A program made the position numbers and the translations under genes. Source: a virus (taxonomy: Duplodnaviria; Caudoviricetes). From it: 64,000 bases of DNA. The stretch lies in the IMG/VR virus record IMGVR_UViG_3300047157_000186; one strand, written 5' to 3'. Within the stretch, counting starts at the first letter, position 1; each line of letters starts with the position of its first letter. Shown here piece by piece: positions 47,725 through 57,473 of this stretch. The notes under the pieces were generated by a model. The model saw only the letters and a list, made by a program, of their open reading frames with translations, was not told the origin of the DNA and ran no database searches.

Positions 47725-50649
47725 ATGCCTACTACTTATTTTAATACAACATGGTTAACTGCTGGCTCTAGAAATACGTACGTATCTACTACAAAGACTA
47801 GGTCTACTTCCAGATACACGTCATATAATAGGGTAACTTCGAGAAATACGGCGAAGACTACATATTGGAACGTAAGTACAAGTAAGGCAACGACAACATC
47901 ATGGACTACTAAAGTTACTACTTCATGGAACACAACTAGGGGAACAACGACATCGAGAAGCACAAACCAACAAACATCTCATGCAACAACAACTACATGG
48001 AATACAACTAGAGCTACAACGACTACATGGAATACAACTAGAACAACCGAAACAAAATGGAACACAACTAAGTCAACGACTACATCATTTAATACATCTT
48101 GGAATACAACTCGAGCTACAACTACAACGTTTGCAACTAGTAAGGCAACGGCAACAACATTTAGTACAAGTCAGTCAACTGCTAAAGACACAACGACAAC
48201 ATGGAATACAACTAGAGCAACATTAACAACATGGGTCACAAGTAGATCAACTGAACGTGCTACGACAACAACATGGAATACAACTCGAGCTACGACAACA
48301 ACGTTCAATACAACTCGTGCAACGACAACTACATTTGCAACTAGTAAATCGACAACGACTGTATTTAATACATCTTGGAATACAAGTAAGAATACGACTA
48401 CTACATTTGCAACTAGTAAATCCACTAGAACTACTTGGACAACTTCATGGAATACAACTCGAGCTACAACTACAACGTTTAATACAACTCGAGCTACAAC
48501 TACCACGTGGTCTACAAGTCAGTCAACGTCTCATTCGACAACGACTACGTTTGTAACTAGTAAAAATACAACGACTACGTTTAAAACTAGTAAATCAACG
48601 ACTACATCGTATAACACATCTTGGAATACAACTAGGTCAACGACAACAACGTTTAATACTTCCAAGTCAACAACGACTACGTTTATAACTAGTAGGTCAA
48701 CAGAGCGTGTTACTACAACTACATGGGCAACTAGTAAATCTACGACTACTACATTTGCAACAAGTAAATCTACTACAACAACATTTGTAACTAGTAGAGG
48801 AACAGAACATTCCACGACTACTACATTTGCAACTAGTAAATCGACAACAACTACGTTTATAACTAGCCAGTCAACTAGAACTACTTGGACTACAACATGG
48901 TCAACTAATAGATCAACGACAACAACGTTCAATACAACTCGTGCAACGACAACTACATTTAACACAAGTCAATCGACAAGTAAATCCACTAAAACAACAT
49001 GGACAACTTCTTGGAATACTGTCAGAGGAACTAGTAAAGTAACTAGTAAATCGACAACGACTACGTTTAACACAAGTCAATCGACGAGTAGAGCAACTAC
49101 AACAACATGGACTACTACTTGGGCAACATCAAGAAATACAACTAGAGGAACTAGTAAAACGACAACGACTACGTTTAACACAAGTCAATCGACTGAAAGA
49201 GAAACGACTACTGTTTATAACACGTCATGGAACACAACGAGAACTACGATAACTTCATACACTACTTCATGGACTACTTCATGGAATACAAGTAGAGGCA
49301 CATCGAAAACTACAACAACAGTTTATAATACATCATGGTCAACTAGTAAATCAACTGTAACTACATTCAATACTACTTGGATAACAAATCAGAATACAAC
49401 GAGATCTACTTCTAGAACAACAACTACTACTTTTAATACAAGTCAGTCAACTTCTAGAACAACGACTACGTCGTATAACACATCTTGGAACACTACAAGA
49501 TCCACTGAAACTGCATGGACTACTTCATGGGTGACAACGTTTAATACAAACAGGTCAACGTATAAAAATACAACGACTACGTTTACAACAACATGGTCAA
49601 CTAGTAAATCTACAACGACTACGTTTACAACTACGTTCACAACAACGTTTAATACTAATCAGTCAACAAGTAAATCTACAACGACTACATTTAATACAAC
49701 GTGGTCAACTAGTAGAGCAACGACTACGAGTTATACAACTTCATGGACTACTTCATGGAACACAACTAGAGGAACAGAACATGTGACTACTACTGTTTAT
49801 AACACGTCATGGAACACAACTAGATCGACAACTACAGTTTACAATACTTCATGGACAACTTCATGGAACACAACTAGAGGAACAGAACATTCGACTACGA
49901 CTACGTTTACAACAACATGGTCAACTAGTAAATCAACTGTAACTACGTTCAACACTACTTGGACTACGTCATGGAACACAACTTATGGAACGTCTCATTC
50001 AACTACGACAACGTTTAATACGTCTCAGTCTACAAATCATGGAACGTCTCATTCGACAGTAACTATATGGAGTACATCTAGAGGAACTAACAAAGGAACA
50101 GAACACGCAACGACAACTGCATGGACAACGACTTGGGAAACTAGTAGAATTACGAACTATTCACGTACGACATCATGGACTACGCAATATCAAACTAGTC
50201 AGTCAACGGTAACTACATTTAACACAACGTGGTTAACAACATTTAATACCAATCAGTCAACAACAACTGCATGGGTGACATCGTGGGTGACAACATTTAG
50301 TACGTCTCAAACAACGTCTAAAACGACAACGACTACATTTAACACAAGTCACTCGACAACGACAACGTTTAATACGACTAGATCAACTACGACTACATTC
50401 AATACGAATGCAGCTACATCTAAATCGACAACGACAACGTGGTCAACTATTTATAGTGTTACTACTTCGTGGAATACTGCATGGAACACAACAACAACGT
50501 GGAACACGACGAGATCTACAACAAGTGCTATTACTACAACGTGGAGTACAGATTACGAAGTGCAAGAAACTTGGTATTCAACTAACGCACCATTAGATGT
50601 TTATAATACAAATAGACAATGGAGAGTAAACAGTTATAACGGTAACTAG
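47725..50649 (+). CDS. 974-aa Thr-rich repeat protein
   Basis: Same repeat grammar as the 44216 ORF, with no Hint domain. Confidence 0.8.
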   Translation: MPTTYFNTTWLTAGSRNTYVSTTKTRSTSRYTSYNRVTSRNTAKTTYWNVSTSKATTTSWTTKVTTSWNTTRGTTTSRSTNQQTSHATTTTWNTTRATTTTWNTTRTTETKWNTTKSTTTSFNTSWNTTRATTTTFATSKATATTFSTSQSTAKDTTTTWNTTRATLTTWVTSRSTERATTTTWNTTRATTTTFNTTRATTTTFATSKSTTTVFNTSWNTSKNTTTTFATSKSTRTTWTTSWNTTRATTTTFNTTRATTTTWSTSQSTSHSTTTTFVTSKNTTTTFKTSKSTTTSYNTSWNTTRSTTTTFNTSKSTTTTFITSRSTERVTTTTWATSKSTTTTFATSKSTTTTFVTSRGTEHSTTTTFATSKSTTTTFITSQSTRTTWTTTWSTNRSTTTTFNTTRATTTTFNTSQSTSKSTKTTWTTSWNTVRGTSKVTSKSTTTTFNTSQSTSRATTTTWTTTWATSRNTTRGTSKTTTTTFNTSQSTERETTTVYNTSWNTTRTTITSYTTSWTTSWNTSRGTSKTTTTVYNTSWSTSKSTVTTFNTTWITNQNTTRSTSRTTTTTFNTSQSTSRTTTTSYNTSWNTTRSTETAWTTSWVTTFNTNRSTYKNTTTTFTTTWSTSKSTTTTFTTTFTTTFNTNQSTSKSTTTTFNTTWSTSRATTTSYTTSWTTSWNTTRGTEHVTTTVYNTSWNTTRSTTTVYNTSWTTSWNTTRGTEHSTTTTFTTTWSTSKSTVTTFNTTWTTSWNTTYGTSHSTTTTFNTSQSTNHGTSHSTVTIWSTSRGTNKGTEHATTTAWTTTWETSRITNYSRTTSWTTQYQTSQSTVTTFNTTWLTTFNTNQSTTTAWVTSWVTTFSTSQTTSKTTTTTFNTSHSTTTTFNTTRSTTTTFNTNAATSKSTTTTWSTIYSVTTSWNTAWNTTTTWNTTRSTTSAITTTWSTDYEVQETWYSTNAPLDVYNTNRQWRVNSYNGN

Positions 50650-50667
50650 AAATAACTCAATTAATTT

Positions 50668-50697
50668 AAAAAGCATACTTCGGTATGCTTTTTTTTT
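50668..50697 (+). terminator. Rho-independent terminator
   Basis: AAAAAGCATAC-TTCG-GTATGCTTTTT plus T-run. Confidence 0.9.
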
Positions 50698-50771
50698 GCT
50701 CTAAAATAAATGAGATAAATAATTAAACAAACACAGATTATTGTGTATAACTATTAAATTACTTTTTATAT

Positions 50772-51683
50772 ATGGAAATGTTTAACAAAAAGGTTCTAGA
50801 TGAAAGAATTGGGCCTCTAAAGAAAAACACAAAATTAGAACCGCTTGAACAAGTAGAGCGATACGTTTTAAGAAAATGTAGAGAACTTGGATTAGAACAC
50901 AGTTATGATGTTATAGCAGAAGAAATGCCATACTTCAAAACAATGGGATATACAGAATATGCCACTTGTTTTTTACTGCAACCACTAAACCTTAAAATGA
51001 GAAGAGAACAAGTAGCCGACGCTTTAGCACATGATGTCGAACACGTTTCTGATTGGGTATCTTATTTTAGAGAAAACATAGAAAAAGACCAAGCTAATAA
51101 ATATCAAAAGCGCAACAAAGACTTCGACAGATATGAAGATAAAAGCACTTTGGTTATTTTACCAGGTTCAAATAAGCTTAAAGAAAACTGTTGTTTAAAT
51201 AAATTAATTGAAGTTGCTGATAAACACAAAGGTGATGTTTATTTTAAACCACATCCTATTACTACACATGCAGTCATAGGCGAAATTAAAGATTTATTTG
51301 GTGAAGAATCTATTTTACCTAGAGACATAGATCTTTATTACTTTTTACAAAAAGCTAAAACAGTATATAGCACACATATTAGTGAAAGCGCATTATATTC
51401 TGTTGTCCTTGAAAAAGAAGTTTATCCAATGGATGTGTGGAATAATATAAGTAGAGGATCTTTTTATACTATAAACTCCAGTCTTTATGATAATAAAGAA
51501 AGAGGCGCAGAATGGATTAATCAAGTATTTTCTAGTTACAAATCTGGAATTATAAATCCAGCTATTGATGAAGATTGGAAAGGTAAAGTAGATGATTACA
51601 TGAATTATATGTATGAAAAAAGAGAATATTACAAAGGTTGGTTTATAGACGCTCCACCTAAAGTTAAAAGAAATAAGAACTAA
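50772..51683 (+). CDS. Capsule-synthesis (KpsS/KpsC-like) GT-B domain protein
   Basis: VYFKPHP and V.STH.SESAL..VVLEKEV resemble the KxHP / T.NS..G.EA.L..KPV motifs. Confidence 0.45.
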   Translation: MEMFNKKVLDERIGPLKKNTKLEPLEQVERYVLRKCRELGLEHSYDVIAEEMPYFKTMGYTEYATCFLLQPLNLKMRREQVADALAHDVEHVSDWVSYFRENIEKDQANKYQKRNKDFDRYEDKSTLVILPGSNKLKENCCLNKLIEVADKHKGDVYFKPHPITTHAVIGEIKDLFGEESILPRDIDLYYFLQKAKTVYSTHISESALYSVVLEKEVYPMDVWNNISRGSFYTINSSLYDNKERGAEWINQVFSSYKSGIINPAIDEDWKGKVDDYMNYMYEKREYYKGWFIDAPPKVKRNKN

Positions 51684-51693
51684 ATTATAAATT

Positions 51694-51720
51694 AAACCTA
51701 CACTCGTGTGGGTTTTTTTT
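51694..51720 (+). terminator. Rho-independent terminator
   Basis: AAACCTACA-CTCG-TGTGGGTTT followed by a T-run. Confidence 0.6.
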
Positions 51721-51732
51721 GCTACATTAATA

Positions 51733-52752
51733 ATGAGAATATTATTTTATGCGGGCTATCAAAAGAATAAATTTGATGGTGATACAAATGAAGGATTAGC
51801 AGGAACTGAAATTGCTATAATTAATATAGCCGAAGAGATGGTTAAATTTGGTTATAAGGTTGTGGTTTCTGGTGAAGTAAAAGATTCTGGTTTAATTAAT
51901 GGAGTAGAATGGATATCAACACATGAATTACATGAAAAATATTTTGATCAGTTTGATTATATTATATCTGCAAGTTATATTCATTTTTTAAAAGAGTTTG
52001 AAAAATATTCAGCAAAGAAAGTATTTTGGGCACATAATACACATCATCACCCATGGTGGAATCACGAAGTGTTAGAAGACGCAAACCTTTTAACACAACA
52101 AGTTGATCATACAATTTGTTTGACTAATTGGCATAAGAATCACTGGGCACATACATATAATATACCTTTAAATAAAATCTCGGTGATTGGTAATGCCATT
52201 GATCCTTCAACATTTAGTGGTACTCCTGAAAAAGTTAAAGGTAAATTCATATATAGTTCTGCACCCGAACGTGGCTTATTGGAATTATTAAAAAACTGGC
52301 CAAAGATAAAAACTATAATGCCACATGCAACACTAGACATTTATTCTCCTGGATATTCTATAGCAAATCATACTGACTATTCATTTAATAAGTTTAAAGA
52401 AGTAACATGTCACGGTAGTGTAGATCAAAAAACATTACATAATGCCATGCTACGTGCAGAATATTGGTGTTATATAACTGATTATGAAGAAACATATTGT
52501 ATAACTGCACTTGAAATGCAATATGCCAAAGTATTACCTATTGTTACTAAAGTTGCTGCATTAAAAGAAACTGTAAATAGTGGAGTTATCTTAGAAAGAA
52601 ATGAAACAAATTGGAATCAGGCTATACAAATACTAGGTACACTAAGTAGTGGACTTAAGGATAAATCAATTAATGATGCATATAAATGGTCTAAACAACA
52701 AACATGGAATGTTAGATCATATGATTGGAAAAACATATTAGAATCTATATGA
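51733..52752 (+). CDS. GT4-family (GT-B) glycosyltransferase
   Basis: GLAGTE, IGNAID, YSSAPERGL, ETYCI.ALE.Q. Start moved to ATG 51733 because the tracked GTG lies inside the terminator. Confidence 0.8.
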   Translation: MRILFYAGYQKNKFDGDTNEGLAGTEIAIINIAEEMVKFGYKVVVSGEVKDSGLINGVEWISTHELHEKYFDQFDYIISASYIHFLKEFEKYSAKKVFWAHNTHHHPWWNHEVLEDANLLTQQVDHTICLTNWHKNHWAHTYNIPLNKISVIGNAIDPSTFSGTPEKVKGKFIYSSAPERGLLELLKNWPKIKTIMPHATLDIYSPGYSIANHTDYSFNKFKEVTCHGSVDQKTLHNAMLRAEYWCYITDYEETYCITALEMQYAKVLPIVTKVAALKETVNSGVILERNETNWNQAIQILGTLSSGLKDKSINDAYKWSKQQTWNVRSYDWKNILESI

Positions 52753-54083
52753 AAATAGATAAAATTTATATTATAAGCTTGAACGCTGGAGATCCAAGCA
52801 TTCAAAGAAGTATTGCCGAGAGGGTAGATCAACTTGGTATGCCATATTCTGTAGCGTGGGAAATAGTTCAAGGTTTTGATGGAACTTCAGGCAATTTATT
52901 AGATGGACACAGTGTATATAATTTATGGAATTTAGGATCTGATTCATGGAATGATTGGTGGAAAAGAGATGTTACTGGCGGAGAAGCAGGTTGTGCAATT
53001 AGTCACTTAAATATATGGAAAAATATAATAGAAGACAATATCAATTGTGCATTAATACTAGAAGATGATTTTGTTTCAGTAGCTCCACTTACAAATCCAG
53101 TTATTCCAAACACAGAATGGGATATTGCATTTTTAGGTAGAAATGCTATATGTCCTAAGGATGAAAAAAGAATTGATGTAAGTAATAAATGGGTAACAGC
53201 ACTTAGTAGTTATAATACACATGCATATGTAATTAAAAGAGACGCTGCGAAAACGCTAGTCAATGATTACAACTTTCAACAAAATCTAATTGCGCCCGAT
53301 GAATTCTTAACGGCAACATATACAGATCATAGAAGACAAGATATTAATATACTGTTTCCACCAAAACTTAAAGCGATAGCTCCAGTTAATAATTGGATAG
53401 AACAAAATAGACCACACGAAAAATCCACGACAGAACCAAATGATGCCAATATTAATTTATTGAAAAAACAACCTTATTTCGAAATACTAGATGACAGTGA
53501 TTGGGATTCATGGAAATCAAAGTATGTAAACGAAACAGTGGCTAAGGGTGAATATGATTTAATGATAGATGATATAGGAAATAATATATATGAATTTCCA
53601 TTATTTACCGAAAAGTTCTGTAAAGAAGCAGTTGCTTTAGCAGAGGTTATGAATAAGTGGACAAAAGATAGACATGAATTTTATCCAACAAATGATGTCT
53701 TATTACCAGAAATAGGATTAGATAATATTTATAATAGAGTTATAAAAGAAATAGTTTCCCCACTTTGTATACATTTATGGGAATTAGAAGGTGCAGGTTG
53801 GGATAATATGAATACCGAAAACTTTATGGTAAGATATACTACTGATAGACAATCTCATTTAAGTTTACATCATGACTTTAGTCATATTACAATGGTAGTA
53901 AAATTAAATGATGAGTTTGATGGTGGCGGCACGTGGTTTCCAAAATATAAAATATTAGCAAATCCAAAATTAGTAGGTACTGCAACTATTCACCCTGGAA
54001 TGATCACACATAAACATGGTGCCAGACCAATACATAGTGGGAAAAGATACATCAACGTATCATTTATGAGAAAGAATAATTAA
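52749..54083 (+). CDS. Fusion of GT25 (collagen/LOS galactosyltransferase-like) and PLOD-type lysyl hydroxylase domain
   Basis: N: IYIISL, GEAGCAISH..IW, LILEDD, HAYVI. C: FPLFTEKFC, PTND, NFMVRY, SLHHD, GGGTWF, HPG.ITH.H, GKRYI.VSF. Confidence 0.8.
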   Translation: MKIDKIYIISLNAGDPSIQRSIAERVDQLGMPYSVAWEIVQGFDGTSGNLLDGHSVYNLWNLGSDSWNDWWKRDVTGGEAGCAISHLNIWKNIIEDNINCALILEDDFVSVAPLTNPVIPNTEWDIAFLGRNAICPKDEKRIDVSNKWVTALSSYNTHAYVIKRDAAKTLVNDYNFQQNLIAPDEFLTATYTDHRRQDINILFPPKLKAIAPVNNWIEQNRPHEKSTTEPNDANINLLKKQPYFEILDDSDWDSWKSKYVNETVAKGEYDLMIDDIGNNIYEFPLFTEKFCKEAVALAEVMNKWTKDRHEFYPTNDVLLPEIGLDNIYNRVIKEIVSPLCIHLWELEGAGWDNMNTENFMVRYTTDRQSHLSLHHDFSHITMVVKLNDEFDGGGTWFPKYKILANPKLVGTATIHPGMITHKHGARPIHSGKRYINVSFMRKNN

Positions 54084-54097
54084 CAAAACAAAACAAT

Positions 54098-54526
54098 ATG
54101 AAAAAAGAGATTACGTTTAACGAGATCATTGGAGATGACGGGCATTTAGTGTCACCTGTCTTAAAAAATGGCGCTAAGAATTATTTAATTGATATTGACG
54201 GTACAATTACTGATGATGTACCAAATGAAGAACCAGAAAGAATGTCAGTAGTTTTACCATATACTGGTGCTGTAGAAACACTTAACAGATGGTTTGACGA
54301 AGGACATGTAGTTACATTCTTTACATCAAGAACCGAAGAAGTTAGAGATATCACAGAAACTTGGCTAAATAAACATGGTTTTAAATATCATGGTCTATTA
54401 ATGGGTAAACCAAGAGGTGGAAATTATCATTGGGTTGATAACCACATTGTCAAGGGTACAAGATATGAAGGTAAGTGGGCAGATTTAGTTAGAGAAGAAA
54501 GAACGATAGAAGTGTTTCCTTCGTAG
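54098..54526 (+). CDS. Small HAD-superfamily phosphatase
   Basis: IDIDGT, FTSR, GKP, VD. Confidence 0.75.
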   Translation: MKKEITFNEIIGDDGHLVSPVLKNGAKNYLIDIDGTITDDVPNEEPERMSVVLPYTGAVETLNRWFDEGHVVTFFTSRTEEVRDITETWLNKHGFKYHGLLMGKPRGGNYHWVDNHIVKGTRYEGKWADLVREERTIEVFPS

Positions 54527-54537
54527 ATATATATTAA

Positions 54538-55470
54538 ATGAGAAGCATATACACATTTGAAGATTTTCTTTTAGAAGCTGATGAAACTGATCAGCTTAAA
54601 AAAATCTGTATCGCAGTTTCTGTAGAAATGCCAGATAATAAGTATGTATATGATTCTAAATATAACGTCTCTAAGGTATTTGAATTATTAGATAAAAATA
54701 AAAAAGCAGAACCTTCTGAAACACCAGTTCTTAATTATGCCAATTGGAAAATTGAGAAAATGATAAAAGACGGATGGGATTCTAAATTTATTTATAATTC
54801 AATTGAAGCTAAACAAAGAGTTTCTTCCAAAGTAAAATGGTGCAAAACTCATGAAGAATCTGAGCATACACCTAAAGTAGTTTTTGATAAATCAAATTTA
54901 AAAGAACTTAAATATCCTATCATAGCTAAACCAGATAATAGATATAGTGGACAGGGTATTATGGTTTTTAAAGAAGAAAAGGATTTAGAAGGTGTTGATT
55001 TAGATCAGTTTTCAGTTTTCTCAGAAAAGATAAATATCGTAGATGAACTTAGAATTTATTGTTGGAAAGGAAAACCTTTGATGCTAGTACATAGAGTGCC
55101 TGCAAATGAAGAAACAAAAAATCTATCTAAAAAAGCAGATGATAAACTGGTATTTAATTACGAATTATCAAAGTCACCTATAACAGAAAATTTAGTTAGT
55201 GTTGTTGAAGAATTTTCAAAAGAACATAATGATTTAGATTTTTATTCGGTAGATATTGTTATAGATGATAAAGATCATCCTTATGTTATTGAAATGTCAT
55301 CAGAACCTGGACCAGTTTTCGGTGTTATGGGACATGTATATAAAGAAATGTATAAGGACTATTATGGAGAAGATGTTTCGGATAAAACTAATAAAATAAT
55401 TGACGCTTATATAGAAGAGGACATTAATACAACGATTGCTTCAGATGAATCTAGATTCAAAAGAAGATAA
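54538..55470 (+). CDS. ATP-grasp (RimK-like) protein with N-terminal TFEDFLLE motif
   Basis: PIIAKP...SGQGI, E.RIY, YSVD, VIEM.S.PG. Confidence 0.65.
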   Translation: MRSIYTFEDFLLEADETDQLKKICIAVSVEMPDNKYVYDSKYNVSKVFELLDKNKKAEPSETPVLNYANWKIEKMIKDGWDSKFIYNSIEAKQRVSSKVKWCKTHEESEHTPKVVFDKSNLKELKYPIIAKPDNRYSGQGIMVFKEEKDLEGVDLDQFSVFSEKINIVDELRIYCWKGKPLMLVHRVPANEETKNLSKKADDKLVFNYELSKSPITENLVSVVEEFSKEHNDLDFYSVDIVIDDKDHPYVIEMSSEPGPVFGVMGHVYKEMYKDYYGEDVSDKTNKIIDAYIEEDINTTIASDESRFKRR

Positions 55471-55515
55471 ATCGAATAAATAAAAAGATAAATAGAAAGA
55501 ATTAAAAATAGAATT

Positions 55516-55758
55516 ATGGCAGAACCTAATATGAACTGTATGATTATTAATGTGTGGATACATCACATGCAAATAGATGAACTATTCGATTTCTTGAATA
55601 TGAGAATAGATCGTGCACCATTTTATTGGTTAAATGAAGCATCAGTGCCTACATCAATCACGGGTGGTTATGTTATGATTTCGTTAACTTATGATTCTTA
55701 TTCTCATTTATCTTCTAACAGAAACTGGGACGAAGCTCCTGGTTGGATAAAACAATAA
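55516..55758 (+). CDS. Hypothetical protein
   Basis: ORF track. Confidence 0.6.
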   Translation: MAEPNMNCMIINVWIHHMQIDELFDFLNMRIDRAPFYWLNEASVPTSITGGYVMISLTYDSYSHLSSNRNWDEAPGWIKQ

Positions 55759-55759
55759 T

Positions 55760-55870
55760 ATGAAAAAACAAACAAACATGAAAGCGTTTCTTTTAAATTA
55801 TAAAGGAACGAAGTACAAAGCGAACACCCTTATTGGTGTTATTTGGAAGTTTATTACTAAGAAGAAATAA
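55760..55870 (+). CDS. Possible 36-aa basic protein
   Basis: Manually read ORF directly after the previous stop. Confidence 0.35.
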   Translation: MKKQTNMKAFLLNYKGTKYKANTLIGVIWKFITKKK

Positions 55871-55896
55871 ACAAATCCTAAAAAGAGAGTATAAAG

Positions 55897-55924
55897 AACG
55901 TCTAGATTAATCTAGGCGTTTTTT
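55897..55924 (+). terminator. Rho-independent terminator
   Basis: AACGTCTAGA...TCTAGGCGTT followed by TTTT. Confidence 0.65.
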
Positions 55925-55941
55925 AGGATTAAAACAAATAT

Positions 55942-56685
55942 ATGTATACACTAAGCGAACTTCAACAGATGATCTTCATTGACATCGAAACTAGTACACA
56001 AAAAGAAACATTCCAGGAGATCATAGATGATAACCCTGCTCTTGAAGAGTATTGGAATATAAAATCTACGCAACTTATTGAAAGTCAGCCAGAAACTCTT
56101 AAAGACTTTACTGATCCACATAAAATGTGGTCTCGTATGGCAGGACTTTATCCAGAATGGGGTAAAATAGTTTGTATTTCTGTAGGTCAATTAAAGTTTG
56201 ATGAGACTGGATTTCCTAATGACTTTAAAGCAATGTCATTTAGTGGAACAGATGAGGCTCAGGTTCTTAAAGACTTTTCACAAACTGCTGCCAAGATTAT
56301 GCAGAAATATCCTAAAATGAAATGGGTCGGCCATAATATTAAAGGATTTGATTTACCTTATATTATTAAGAGATCATTAATCAATGAGATACAGGTTCCT
56401 TCTGCATTTCATTTACACAAACAAAAACCATGGGAAAACTGTTTACTAGACACACAAGATGTTTGGAAATTTGGCGGATGGAACTCTGCTAAATTAGGTT
56501 TAATTTCAGAACTCTTAGGTATTCCATCTCCTAAAGATGCAATGTCAGGTCCAGAAGTAAATGAATATTATTGGAACGATAGGTTAGAAGAAATAAAAAC
56601 ATATTGTGAAAAAGATATTCAAGCGACCGCTAACATTATGTTAAAAATGAGTGGTATGCCAATTATAGAAGCTCTTCCATTTTAA
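55942..56685 (+). CDS. 3'-5' exonuclease, PolB/DnaQ-like standalone
   Basis: FIDIET, GKIVCIS, GHNIKGFDLPY, DT..VW, YCE.D. Confidence 0.85.
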   Translation: MYTLSELQQMIFIDIETSTQKETFQEIIDDNPALEEYWNIKSTQLIESQPETLKDFTDPHKMWSRMAGLYPEWGKIVCISVGQLKFDETGFPNDFKAMSFSGTDEAQVLKDFSQTAAKIMQKYPKMKWVGHNIKGFDLPYIIKRSLINEIQVPSAFHLHKQKPWENCLLDTQDVWKFGGWNSAKLGLISELLGIPSPKDAMSGPEVNEYYWNDRLEEIKTYCEKDIQATANIMLKMSGMPIIEALPF

Positions 56686-56703
56686 AATGACAACATGTCA
56701 TTT
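56685..56703. promoter_or_regulatory. Inverted repeat upstream of Hsp20 (possible operator)
   Basis: AAATGACA-ACA-TGTCATTT. Confidence 0.5.
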
Positions 56704-56808
56704 AATTTGTAAAATATATGACACTAAGTCTTAATGCTTAGTTTGGTATAATATTTTCAGTATACTATACGAGCACGTTGCTCAAATAATTATAAAAAAA
56801 ATTAAACT

Positions 56809-57168
56809 ATGTTTTACACAACAAACGACCACATTGACAACATTTTCAGGGGAATACAAGAACCTCTATGGAAAACTGGAAAATTAATAAGCGATCATCT
56901 TACTGATTTTCATTACGAAGACGGAGTATTTACTATGGCACTTCCTGGATTTTCTAAAAAAGATTTAGACATTGAAATGGAAGGATCTACATTAAAGATC
57001 TCTGCAGACATTAAAGAAAAAGATGAAACGCTATATAAGAAATCATTTGAAAAGAAATTTAGAGCATCTAATATTGATGTTGAAAGTGTTACAGCAAACA
57101 TGTCAGACGGTATCCTAACTATTATGTTAGATAAGAAAGTTAATCCAAAGAAGATTAAAGTAATATAA
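56809..57168 (+). CDS. Small heat-shock protein (Hsp20)
   Basis: ALPGF.K.D..IE.EG..L.IS, F...F, A.M.DGIL.I.L.K. Confidence 0.85.
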   Translation: MFYTTNDHIDNIFRGIQEPLWKTGKLISDHLTDFHYEDGVFTMALPGFSKKDLDIEMEGSTLKISADIKEKDETLYKKSFEKKFRASNIDVESVTANMSDGILTIMLDKKVNPKKIKVI

Positions 57169-57170
57169 TT

Positions 57171-57195
57171 AAAGCGGCTTATGCCGCTTTTTTTT
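57171..57195 (+). terminator. Rho-independent terminator
   Basis: AAAGCGGC-TTAT-GCCGCTTT plus T-run. Confidence 0.9.
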
Positions 57196-57220
57196 GAAAA
57201 TAAATCACCCAGATTTTTTT

Positions 57221-57252
57221 ATGTCATTTATTTGTGGTATATTAGCAGTATA
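57221..57252 (+). promoter_or_regulatory. Repeated early promoter, copy 7
   Basis: ATGTCATTTATTTGTGGTATATTAGCAGTATA. Confidence 0.8.
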
Positions 57253-57268
57253 ATTAAACACATAAGAT

Positions 57269-57463
57269 ATGATAAATTTAGATTACGCTAAGATTAGCGA
57301 CGTAGAAGTAGACGGAATAGACACCGCAGATTATCCAGATTTTTGTGATGCATTTATTGCATACGCAGAATATGATGGTAAAGAAATGACAGATGAACAA
57401 TTAGATGCGTTAAACGAAGACGGCGATTTTGTTTATGAAGCTGTACAAAATTATTTATTTTAA
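57269..57463 (+). CDS. Small acidic hypothetical early protein
   Basis: ORF immediately downstream of the promoter. Confidence 0.7.
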   Translation: MINLDYAKISDVEVDGIDTADYPDFCDAFIAYAEYDGKEMTDEQLDALNEDGDFVYEAVQNYLF

Positions 57464-57473
57464 TATATAATAC

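Noticed and set aside
44380-49640. Antisense Val-rich and shifted Gln/Leu-rich ORFs over the Thr-rich and PTAT genes (also 754-1802 and 9820-10088)
   Set aside because: These are mirror translations of ACN-rich repeats with no promoter or domain support.
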